DNA of 64,000 bases, taken from the NCBI GenBank assembly GCA_963827635.1, contig CAWHBV010000020.1, positions 29,318-93,317 on the forward strand. The letters run 5' to 3'. The position numbers and the translations under genes were made by a program. Source of the stretch: an uncultured bacterium (GTDB taxonomy: Bacteria > Acidobacteriota > Aminicenantia > Aminicenantales > Saccharicenantaceae). The notes under the pieces are model-generated. The model had not been told where the DNA came from. It did no database searches and worked only from the letters and a program-made list of their open reading frames with translations. Shown piece by piece: positions 50,066 through 58,035 of the stretch; position 1 is the stretch's first letter; every line of letters starts with the position of its first letter.

Positions 50066-52273
50066 ATGAGCGCACGGGCCGACCGGGTCAAGGTCATCGA
50101 GCAGGCCGAGAAGTACGTCCGCGGCGGCCGGGTCCGGGAAGCCATCGCCGAGTACGAGAAGCTCGCGCTCGCCGATCCGCAGGACGTCGGGACGCTCAAC
50201 ATCATCGGCGACCTCTACATCCGGGCCGGACAGAACGACAGGGCCGTCCATTTCTTCCTCAAGGTCGCCGACGAGTACGAGCGGCGGGGGCTCTACTCCC
50301 AGGCCCTGGCCATCTGCAAGAAGATCCACCGTCTCTACCCCGACAACGCGGACTACGCGATCAAGCTGGCCGACCTCTACGCCCAGCAGGGCTTCGCCGC
50401 CGAGGGCAAGGCCGTCTACGCGGCCGTCGCCGGCCGGATGGCCGATGCGGGCCGGGCCGAAGAGGCCGCCGCGATCTACGAGAAGATCGTCAAGATCGAC
50501 CGGGAGGACCACGACGCGCGGAAGGCCCTGGCCGGCATCTACCGGGTCCTCGGCAACGTCGACGCGGCCCTCGAACACCTGAACGCCAGCGCCGACGTCC
50601 GCGTCGAGAAGGGCCAGTTCGAGGCCGCCGAGGCGGTCCTCCGCGAGGCCCTGACCGTCCGGCCCGGGGACGTCCGTACCCTGGCCGGCCTGGTCGAGGT
50701 CTTCAAGAAGCAGGGGCAGCCTACCCGGGCCGTCGCGCTCCTGGAGGGGGAGGTGGCCGCGGCCCCCGACAGCGTCCAGCTCCTCAACATCCTCGGCAAC
50801 ATCCACTTCGAGGCCGGGGAGACGAAGAAGGCGGAGGAGATCTTCACCCGGATCGTCACCGGCCACCCCCTCAACGTCAACGCCCGCATCAAGCTCGGAC
50901 GGATCCAGATCCTCAAGGACAAGCTCGACCAGGCCTACGAGCTCTTCGAGCCCCTGATCAACAACCTGGTCAAGAAGCACAAGGACGAGAAGGCCATCGG
51001 CCTGCTCGGGCTCATCCTGGAGAGCCAGAAACCCCACCTGCCGGCCCTGGAGCGCCTGGCCCTCATCTACCGGTCGAACAAAGAGGTCAAGAAGCTCGAG
51101 GTGGTGGACCGGGCCATCATCGACGAGCTGCGCAAGATCGGCGAGAAGGAGCGGATGGTCGGGATCTACAACGAGCTCGTCGAGCTGCGGCCCGACGACG
51201 CCGACCTCGTCCGGGAGGCCCAGGCCCTGCGCAAGGAGATGGGCCTCGTCGTCGAGGAGGTCCGGGACGAGACGCCCGGGCTCTCGGACAAGGACCGCGA
51301 GGCGATCCGCGAGGTCATGGACCAGGCCGACCTCTACCTCCAGCAGGGCCTCGTCCGGATCGCCCGCCGGCTCCTCGAGAACCTCCGTTTCCGCTATCCG
51401 GAAGATCCCCAGATCGTGAGGAAGATCGCCGTCATCGACGAGGTCCGGACGCACATGGACGAGGACGAGATCCGCCGCCGCGTCGAGAAGACCACCCTCC
51501 TCGAAGCGCAGATCAGGGAGAAGGCGGCCGGGAAGAAGGCGGAGGACAAGAAAGCCGTCGAGAAGGCCGCGGCCGCGAAGGCCGAGCCGGTCAAGGTCGA
51601 GGAGAAGGCGCCCGCGCCGGTCCCGCCCGAGCCGAGAAAGCCGGCCAACCCCTTCAAGAACGACGTCCTCGACGGCGAGAAGGTCAGCACCGCCGACATC
51701 TTCGCCGAGACGGACATCATCCCCTTCGTCAGCGAGAGCTCCGTCGCGCGGACCTACTACGACCTGGCGCGGGCGGTGGCCGAAGAGCTGCGCTGGATCG
51801 CCGCGATCCGGGACCGCCAGCTCCGGGGCGACGCCTCGCCGCTCGAACGGGAGCTCACGGGGATCGTCGCCGACTTCCGCAAGGACCTCAAGGCGCGGGG
51901 CGGCGCCCCGGATGCCGAGACCCATTACCAGCTCGGGCTGGCCTTCATGAGCCAGGGCCTGACCGTCGAAGCGGTCGAGGAGCTGACCCGCGCGGCCGAG
52001 GACAAGAAGCTGGCCGTCGAGAGCTACACCCTCATCAGCCAGTGCTTCCGGCAGAAGCGGAATTTCGACGAGGCCGCGAAGTGGATGAAGACGGCCATGG
52101 CCGAGACCAGGTCAGGCACCGATCCGTATTTCGCCCTCGTCTACGAGCTGGCGGAGATCCTGGAGGCGTCCGACGACCGGGCCGGCGCCGCGGCGCTCTA
52201 CCGCGAGATCCGCGACTGGAATCCCGGCTTCCGGAACGCCGCCGCCCGGCTCGAGAGCCTCGAAAAGCTCTAG
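50066..52273 (+). CDS. large TPR-repeat protein with a central Lys/Glu/Ala/Pro-rich linker (735 aa)
   Basis: Many TPR-like helical pairs (GDLYIRAGQNDRAVHFFLKVADEYERRGLYSQALAICKKI...). Linker AAGKKAEDKKAVEKAAAAKAEPVKVEEKAPAPVPPEP. C-terminal TPRs. Confidence 0.7.
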   Translation: MSARADRVKVIEQAEKYVRGGRVREAIAEYEKLALADPQDVGTLNIIGDLYIRAGQNDRAVHFFLKVADEYERRGLYSQALAICKKIHRLYPDNADYAIKLADLYAQQGFAAEGKAVYAAVAGRMADAGRAEEAAAIYEKIVKIDREDHDARKALAGIYRVLGNVDAALEHLNASADVRVEKGQFEAAEAVLREALTVRPGDVRTLAGLVEVFKKQGQPTRAVALLEGEVAAAPDSVQLLNILGNIHFEAGETKKAEEIFTRIVTGHPLNVNARIKLGRIQILKDKLDQAYELFEPLINNLVKKHKDEKAIGLLGLILESQKPHLPALERLALIYRSNKEVKKLEVVDRAIIDELRKIGEKERMVGIYNELVELRPDDADLVREAQALRKEMGLVVEEVRDETPGLSDKDREAIREVMDQADLYLQQGLVRIARRLLENLRFRYPEDPQIVRKIAVIDEVRTHMDEDEIRRRVEKTTLLEAQIREKAAGKKAEDKKAVEKAAAAKAEPVKVEEKAPAPVPPEPRKPANPFKNDVLDGEKVSTADIFAETDIIPFVSESSVARTYYDLARAVAEELRWIAAIRDRQLRGDASPLERELTGIVADFRKDLKARGGAPDAETHYQLGLAFMSQGLTVEAVEELTRAAEDKKLAVESYTLISQCFRQKRNFDEAAKWMKTAMAETRSGTDPYFALVYELAEILEASDDRAGAAALYREIRDWNPGFRNAAARLESLEKL

Positions 52274-53445
52274 AAGCCGAAGATCAAGCCCGTCCCCAAC
52301 CTCAGGTGTTCCCCGTAAAGCCCCCGGAAGGCGTATGTCGCCTCGGCCGTCACCCGGACGTTCCGCCGGAGGAGATAGCCGACGTGGGCCGTGGCCGCGG
52401 AGTAGCGGAGGTCGATCTGGTCGGAATCCACCCAGTTGAAGAGCCCGGCCCCGTACCAGCGGCTGTCGTCCCCCTTGGGCAGGTAGACGAGCTCGGCGAA
52501 GGCGCCCCGGGTCATGACCTTCTCGATGGGCAGGATGGTGGCGAAGTACGGGTTGGTGTCGCGCCGCTCGACGTACTGGACGTTGAGCTCGAAGGGCTTG
52601 ACCGAGAGCGTCGCGTCGCCGCCGTACATCGTGACCGAGTTGACGGTCTCGTCGGGCCGCTCCTTGCCCAGGAAGCCGAAGGCGCCGACGCGGAAAGCCG
52701 GGGCCACCTCCTGGGAGACGCGGAGGAGGACGTTCTTGTAGGGGTCGTCGTCGAAGCCGCGGAAGACGTTGGCCTCGCCGATGCCCGTGCCGTTGAGGAC
52801 CTCGAAGGTGACGTCGGTGCCGGTCGGGAAGCCGTAGGTCAGCATGACGCCGCGGTCGTAGGTCAGGTTGAGCCGGGAGTCGCCGGGCGTCACCCGGTAG
52901 ATCTGGTAGTCCTCGAAGGGCAGGCGGACCTCGCGCTTGAAGAGCGGATCGGAGACCTGGAACTGGCCGACGTAGAGGTCGAGGTCGGAGCCGAAGAGCT
53001 CGTTGAACATGACGAAGGCGTCCTCGATCCCGGCGACCTCGCCCCGCTCGCTGAGGAAGAAGTAGAAGTAGTAGGCGATGTTCTTGGCGATGGCCCCGCC
53101 CGAGAGGAACTTCAGGAGGTAGGGCGCGAGGAAATCCGTCTGGCGGACGTTGGCGTTGTTCCAGGCCAGGAAGCCCTCGAGGCGCAGGGCGATGGGGAGG
53201 TTCCGGAGAAGGGACAGGGACGCGTCGCCGGTGTCGATGGTGTCGCGCGGCGTGTCCTTGTCCTTGATGACGAACCCGTTCGCGGCGAATTCCTCGCCGT
53301 AGGGCTTGAGCTTGGGGAACGGCGCGTGGCAGGTCTTGCAGGACATGCTGTACTTGCGGGCGAAGGCGGGCATGGCCTGGAGGCTGCCGAGGGAGACCGC
53401 GGCGAGCAGCACGGCGGCGAAGGCGGTGCGCAGGATGTTCTTCAT
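52270..53445 (-). CDS. Cyc2-like fused monoheme cytochrome c / outer-membrane beta-barrel porin (391 aa)
   Basis: ATG 53445. Signal peptide MKNILRTAFAAVLLAAVSLGSLQA. A single CKTCH lies 13 residues into the mature protein (MPAFARKYSMSCKTCHAPFPKLKPYG). The remainder is strand-like and rich in Gly and aromatics, ending GTGLIFGF. Only the C-terminal half of track ORF 52270..54660 is used. Confidence 0.6.
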   Translation of the reverse strand: MKNILRTAFAAVLLAAVSLGSLQAMPAFARKYSMSCKTCHAPFPKLKPYGEEFAANGFVIKDKDTPRDTIDTGDASLSLLRNLPIALRLEGFLAWNNANVRQTDFLAPYLLKFLSGGAIAKNIAYYFYFFLSERGEVAGIEDAFVMFNELFGSDLDLYVGQFQVSDPLFKREVRLPFEDYQIYRVTPGDSRLNLTYDRGVMLTYGFPTGTDVTFEVLNGTGIGEANVFRGFDDDPYKNVLLRVSQEVAPAFRVGAFGFLGKERPDETVNSVTMYGGDATLSVKPFELNVQYVERRDTNPYFATILPIEKVMTRGAFAELVYLPKGDDSRWYGAGLFNWVDSDQIDLRYSAATAHVGYLLRRNVRVTAEATYAFRGLYGEHLRLGTGLIFGF

Positions 53446-53462
53446 GGCGTGGCGTTCCTTTC

Positions 53463-54833
53463 TCAGGGGGCGTCGTCGACGACCGTGACCGTCGTCGCAT
53501 GCCGGTTGACCTCGACGACCGCGGCCTCGTCCGGCGGGACGCCGAGGAAATCGGCGACGGGCTTGACCAGCTTCTGGTAGTTGAGGACGGCCGTGACCGT
53601 GAGCTCGCCGATGGCGACGCCGTCGGGGAGCCGGAAGGTGCAGGTCTCGAGCTTGGTCTCGCGCGGCCCGAGCCGGTAGTCCGTCCCCTGGGATTTCGTG
53701 TTCCACTGCTGGATGGTCATGCGGCCTTGGGGATCGAAGTAGGCCATGCGGAAGATGCGGTCGCCGACGGGAATGCCGTCCCGCTGGACCCCCTTGAAGG
53801 CGGGATCGTTCAGGGCGATGCCCATGTCCTGGTAGGCGAGCGTGTCGGCGCCGATGGTGTACTCCTCGCCGGCGAAGCCCTTCTTGTCGACGGGCAGATG
53901 GTAGACGGTGCCCTTGCTGTCCACGGCCTCGACGTGCATCCAGACGATGCGGTCCTCGACGGAACCGGAGGGGAACTTGTGGCCCGTCTTTTGGTTGAAG
54001 AGGGCGACCGTGAACTTGACCGGGTCGCCGGGCGCGGCCTCGCGGACGTCGGGGTGGATGCGGAGCTCGATCGTGCCCTTGACCTTCCCGTCGTCGTGGG
54101 CGCCGTGGAAGAGGTGCTGGCGGACGTCGGGGTAGGCGTTGCCCATGGCCGCCGACTTGCCCGGGGCGTAGGTCATGTGGCAGTCCTGGCACTTGACGCC
54201 CTGCTTGGCGTAGGGGCCCTCTTTCCACTCGAGGTGGGTCGACTTGACCCAGACGTTGTAGGGGCTCATCTCGTTGTGGCAGGTGCCGCAGAATTCGGCC
54301 GTGCCGAGGAAGTCCGACTTGGCCAGATTGTGCTCCGGCGAGTTCTTGCCCTCGCGCGGGCCGTACTTGGTCTTGCCCGGCGACGAGACGAAGTTGAAGT
54401 TGTAGGGCGTGTCGCCCGCGAAGCCGGTCACCGTGTGGCAGACCTCGCAGGAGACGGACTCGTTGGCCCGGCTGTTCTTGGACGGGAGGGGCGGCGGGAC
54501 GTCGCCGGCGAGAAAGGCGATGGGCGCGTGGCAGCCGTTGCAGCCGGCCTTGACCCCGGCGACGACGCTGTCCTTCTCGGCGTGGGGCACGGCCAGCTTG
54601 AAGTACTCGATCTCGTCCCAGTGGTGGGTGTAGGCCTGGGACATCATGGCCTGCTGCCACTGCCGGTAGATGTCGGTGTGGCAGGCCGTGCCGCAGAACT
54701 GCGGCGTCTGGTAGTCGCCGTACTTGCGCGTCCCGAGCGCGGCGTCCCCGGCCTTGGGCGCCTGGGCGGCGGCGAGGGCGAGGAAAAAGACGGCGGCGAA
54801 AACGAGCACGACGGGCATGGCGGATCGTCTCAC
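53463..54833 (-). CDS. secreted multiheme cytochrome c (four CXXCH + one CX3CH) with a non-heme C-terminal domain
   Basis: GTG 54833 four nt after GGAGAGGAGG. Signal peptide. Heme motifs CGTACH (CX3CH; codons TGC GGC ACG GCC TGC CAC checked), CNGCH, CEVCH, CGTCH and CQDCH. About 200 aa of beta-rich C-terminal region without Cys motifs. Confidence 0.8.
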   Translation of the reverse strand: MRRSAMPVVLVFAAVFFLALAAAQAPKAGDAALGTRKYGDYQTPQFCGTACHTDIYRQWQQAMMSQAYTHHWDEIEYFKLAVPHAEKDSVVAGVKAGCNGCHAPIAFLAGDVPPPLPSKNSRANESVSCEVCHTVTGFAGDTPYNFNFVSSPGKTKYGPREGKNSPEHNLAKSDFLGTAEFCGTCHNEMSPYNVWVKSTHLEWKEGPYAKQGVKCQDCHMTYAPGKSAAMGNAYPDVRQHLFHGAHDDGKVKGTIELRIHPDVREAAPGDPVKFTVALFNQKTGHKFPSGSVEDRIVWMHVEAVDSKGTVYHLPVDKKGFAGEEYTIGADTLAYQDMGIALNDPAFKGVQRDGIPVGDRIFRMAYFDPQGRMTIQQWNTKSQGTDYRLGPRETKLETCTFRLPDGVAIGELTVTAVLNYQKLVKPVADFLGVPPDEAAVVEVNRHATTVTVVDDAP

Positions 54834-54870
54834 GGGGCCTCCTCTCCGGGGGTCTCTTTGGTCCGGGCCT

Positions 54871-54898
54871 ATTCTATCAAAACGGCCCAGGCCGTCAA
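54871..54898 (-). promoter_or_regulatory. candidate sigma-70 promoter (extended -10) of the cytochrome operon
   Basis: The minus strand reads TTGACG (54898..54893), a 16-nt spacer ending TGA, then TAGAAT (54876..54871). About 38 nt upstream of GTG 54833. Confidence 0.55.
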
Positions 54899-54914
54899 TG
54901 TTCGGAATGTTCGG
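54897..54914 (-). repeat. tandem 9-nt direct repeat CCGAACATT x2 abutting and overlapping the -35
   Basis: The plus strand reads aatgttcgg aatgttcgg (54897-54905 and 54906-54914), a perfect duplication. Confidence 0.8.
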
Positions 54915-55058
54915 GGTCGGACCTCGGGATGTCTCTGTAAATAAACAATTTAATCGTTGAAAGTGCGCAATTTAGAGGCGTTTTTTGATGTTTTTATGGC
55001 CAAAAACATAAAAAGTGGATAAGAAGAAAAGGGACGAAAGCGGGGACAGATCTTGAAC

Positions 55059-55108
55059 GGGGACACGTCCCTCGGGCTACCCCGGAGGGCTCCGAGGGAC
55101 GTGTCCCC
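55059..55108 (-). terminator. perfect 17-bp hairpin downstream of the ECF operon (likely terminator)
   Basis: GGGGACACGTCCCTCGG (55059-55075) / CCGAGGGACGTGTCCCC (55092-55108) with a 16-nt loop. Begins 25 nt after the stop at 55133. A T-rich tract (CCCTTTTCTTCTT) follows further downstream on the minus strand. Confidence 0.6.
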
Positions 55109-55132
55109 GATCGAGAGGCCGGAGGGAAGTCC

Positions 55133-56129
55133 CTAGTCGACGATCTTGGCGGAGATGATGAGGATGAGCCCCTTGTCGCCGCCGTCGAGCTTGCTGACGC
55201 CGACGACCGTGCGGTCGCCCGATTTGATGTTGAGCGTGCTCTCGATCAAGGTGGTCACTTCGGTCTTGGCGACGGTCGGTTCCTCCTGGACGACGACCGC
55301 CACCTTAGGGTCCTTGAGGTACTTTCCCCCGAGGAGTTCGGTCAGCTTTTGAGCGACGCCTGCTTGGGTCAGCCCCGCGACATCGACCCGCCCGAGGAGC
55401 GGGACTGAGATCTGGCCGTCCTTGGCGACACGGACCGTCTTATTGAGATCGGGGACCTGGAAAACAGTTATATAGAGCAGGTCCCCAGGGCCGATCTTAT
55501 AAGTCGCCGTGGTTTTGTCGGATATCAGCGAATTGACCTGGATCTGACGCAGCCGGACCTCGGTCTTGATGACCGGCAGCTTGGCGTCCCCGGCGACATC
55601 CGGCTTGAGGTATGAGCTCGAATTCGGCCTTCGGGCCGAACTTGACCTCCGCACTCTCCCTGTTGATGGTGCGCACCAGCGTGACATCGAGAAGCGTGTA
55701 GCCCTTGAAACGGAGGAGCTTGCGGAGCTCCTTGACGATGGGGTCGGATTGGAGCTCGGCGTCGGTCGCGGCGTCGGCCTCCGAGCCCAGGACGAGCTGG
55801 ACCGTGTAGAGGACGTCGGCCGGCTTGACGTCGATCTCGCGGATGGCGGCCAGGATCTTCTCGACGTTCTCGGGCGTGTCGCTGACCGAAAGGACCGACG
55901 GCAGGTTGGGATTGAACTGGATGTGCCCGTCGCGGCTGACGTAGGCATAGAGCAGGTTCTGGATGTCCTGGGCCCGGACGTACTTGAGCTTGACGATCTC
56001 CTTGCGGAGGTTCTTAACTTCGTCTTTTTGGGCCTGCGCCGGCGTCACGGCCGGGTCCTCGGCGAAAGCCGGAACGACGACGGCCAGAGTGAACGCCAGG
56101 GCGAGCAGGGCGATCATTGTTCTTTTCAT
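55133..56129 (-). pseudogene. exported protein with secretin_N-like and Poly_export (Wza-like) domains, interrupted by one +1 frameshift (or sequence error)
   Basis: N-frame: MKRTMIALLALAFTLAVVVPAFA...KLKYVRAQDIQNLLYAYVSRDGHIQFNPNLPSVLSVSDTPENVEKILAAIREIDVKPADVLYTVQLV (secretin N-domain pattern). C-frame: YKIGPGDLLYITVFQVPDLNKTVRVAKDGQISVPLLGRVDVAGLTQAGVAQKLTELLGGKYLKDPKVAVVV (Poly_export pattern). The junction is about 55605-55625. Length is 997 nt = 3n+1. ATGA overlap with the anti-sigma stop. Confidence 0.6.
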
Positions 56130-56647
56130 TCCTGTTCTCCTTTGTAATCGAAATTCTTGTCGAGGAACCAGACGACCTGGAGCCCCGTTTCCTGCGAGAC
56201 CATGGTCATGGCCACGACGTCCTGTTCCCGGGCCGCGGCCGCCGGTTCGCCCGTCCGGCCGCCGGCCGCAAAGCGTCCCTCCGGGCGGGGGACCGGACCC
56301 CGGACGAGCACGCCGAGGACCACGAGCCCGACGAGGACTCCCGCGGCGGAAGCCGCGGCCCAGCCCGGCCATGGGGCCTGTCCTGCGTTCGCCGCTCCCT
56401 TTGCGCCGGTCCCGGCCTGCGCCGTCGCCCGGACCATCAGGGCCTTCCATTCGCCCTCGCTCCAGTCCGGGACGGCCTCTTCCTTGGCCGCCGCCTTGAT
56501 CCGGGCCAGGGCTTCCCGGAGCTCCCCGAGCTCGCGGCGGCAGGCCGGGCAGGCGTCGACGTGCGACCGGACCGCCCGCGTCCGGCGCGGCCCGAGGTCG
56601 TCACCGGCGAGAAGGGGCATGAGCTTGCGGACTTTGCGGCACGTCAT
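56126..56647 (-). CDS. anti-sigma factor (zf-HC2 type, single TM)
   Basis: MTCRKVRKLMPLLAGDDLGPRRTRAVRSHVDACPACRREL (H-x3-C-x2-C). TM segment WAAASAAGVLVGLVVLGVLV. The ATG overlaps the sigma-factor TGA (ATGA). Confidence 0.8.
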   Translation of the reverse strand: MTCRKVRKLMPLLAGDDLGPRRTRAVRSHVDACPACRRELGELREALARIKAAAKEEAVPDWSEGEWKALMVRATAQAGTGAKGAANAGQAPWPGWAAASAAGVLVGLVVLGVLVRGPVPRPEGRFAAGGRTGEPAAAAREQDVVAMTMVSQETGLQVVWFLDKNFDYKGEQE

Positions 56648-57230
56648 CGTCCTTCCTCCAGGTGGGGAAAATCGCGGCGCAGAACCTCGGCGAGCTTCCG
56701 GCGGGCCTTGGACAGATGGACACGGACGGCGATCGCCGAACACCCGAGCGCCCGGGCCGTCTCCGCGACGTCGAGGTCCTCGAGGTCCCGGAGCACCAGG
56801 ACCTCGCGCTCCCGGGGGCTGAGGACGGCGAGCGAGCGCAGGATGTCCGAACGGATCTCCTGCCTGTCGCGCTCCGCTTCGGGGCCCGTCGGCCGCCGAC
56901 CCGGCCGTCGCGGACGGCGCCCGTTCGACGACGTCCCCGAAGGCCGCCGTCTCCCGCGCCCTTTTCCGGTAACGGTCCCGGGCTTCGTTCGCGGCGATCT
57001 GGAAGAGCCAGTTCCGGAAGCTCCGGGAGGCGTCGTAGCCGGCCGAGCGAGCGGAAGGCCCGCAGGAGCGCCTCCTGGGCCACTTCCCGGGCGTCCTCGG
57101 CGTTGCGGGTCAGCCGCCAGGCCAGGCCCAGGAGGGGCCGCCGGTACGGTCCGACCAGCGGTTCGAACGCCTCAGTGTGACCGGCCAGGACCATGGCGAC
57201 GAGCTCCTTCTCCGTCTCGTTCATTCGCAT
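56644..57230 (-). pseudogene. ECF-type sigma-70 family sigma factor, interrupted by two +1 frameshifts (or sequence errors)
   Basis: Three frame segments read in order. First: MNETEKELVAMVLAGHTEAFEPLVGPYRRPLLGLAWRLTRNAEDAREVAQEALLRAFRSLG. Second: YDASRSFRNWLFQIAANEARDRYRKRARE... (region 2). Third: EAERDRQEIRSDILRSLAVLSPREREVLVLRDLEDLDVAETARALGCSAIAVRVHLSKARRKLAEVL (region 4). The junctions are at GGCCGGC (57038-57044) and at the C4 run (GGGG on the plus strand, 56881-56884). Length is 587 nt = 3n+2. Confidence 0.75.
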
Positions 57231-57282
57231 GGTTCTACCCCGGCCGCGGGGAAAACGTTAAGGCGGGACGCGCGCTTTTCGC

Positions 57283-58020
57283 CTATTCTCTGGTGCCGAC
57301 GATGATGAGGTTGTCGGTGTCGACGAAACAGGTGCCGTTCTGGAAGGTCATGTCGTAGGCCGCCTTGACCTTGTCCGGCGCGTTGCGGTGCATGTTCAGG
57401 ATGAGCGTCTGCTTGGCCTTGTGGAGGCCGGAGTTGACCAGCCAGTTGTTGATGTTGAAGCGCTTCATCTTGTACTTGTAGGCCCGGACGTCCTGGAAGC
57501 CGTTCTTGGCGAAGTGGTGGACGAGGAGGGTCTTGGTGAAGGTCCGCCGGGTCTCCTTGTGCTTGAACATCTCCGTGTACCAGTCGATGACCTCGGGGTC
57601 CTCGCTCGGCGGCACGCCCTCGGCGATGACGAGCCGGCCCCGCCTCTTGAGGAGGTCGTAGCAGCGCAGGAAGGCCCGGTCGAGGTTGTCGAGGATGTGG
57701 TGGAAGACCATGCGGCCGACGATCTTGTCGAACATGTGGTTCTGGAACAGGCATTCGTTGAGGTCCCACTTGACCATCGAGATGCCGTCCCACTTGCCCC
57801 GCTTGAGCATGGAATCGGAGAAATCCATGCCGACGACGTGGCGGACGTGGGGCCGGATCGAGCGGGCCATGGCCCCCGTCCCCGTGCCGACGTCGAGGAC
57901 GAGATCGTTGCGCGAGAACTTGGCGACCTCGATGATCCTCTCGATGTAGCCGGCGTCCTTGGTCCAGTAGAGCCGGTCGTAGTTCTTGGCCCGGATGTTC
58001 CAGAAGTGCTTGTCGGGCAT
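57283..58020 (-). CDS. class I SAM-dependent methyltransferase
   Basis: VLDVGTGTGAMA (motif I)...VVGMDFS...GRLVIAEG. Lys/Asn/Phe/His/Trp-rich, and visibly less GC-rich than its neighbours. Confidence 0.8.
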   Translation of the reverse strand: MPDKHFWNIRAKNYDRLYWTKDAGYIERIIEVAKFSRNDLVLDVGTGTGAMARSIRPHVRHVVGMDFSDSMLKRGKWDGISMVKWDLNECLFQNHMFDKIVGRMVFHHILDNLDRAFLRCYDLLKRRGRLVIAEGVPPSEDPEVIDWYTEMFKHKETRRTFTKTLLVHHFAKNGFQDVRAYKYKMKRFNINNWLVNSGLHKAKQTLILNMHRNAPDKVKAAYDMTFQNGTCFVDTDNLIIVGTRE

Positions 58021-58035
58021 CGCGCCGTCCCCGGC

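Noticed and set aside
52270-54660. N-terminal extensions of track ORFs: 52270..54660 (796 aa), 14746..15798, 18914..20581, 46275..47450, 32748..34232, 30335..31330 and 61732..63279.
   Set aside because: Only the C-terminal part shows protein-like composition, a signal peptide or family motifs, and a Shine-Dalgarno-preceded internal start. The upstream parts overlap neighbouring real genes in another frame and are R/P/G-rich.
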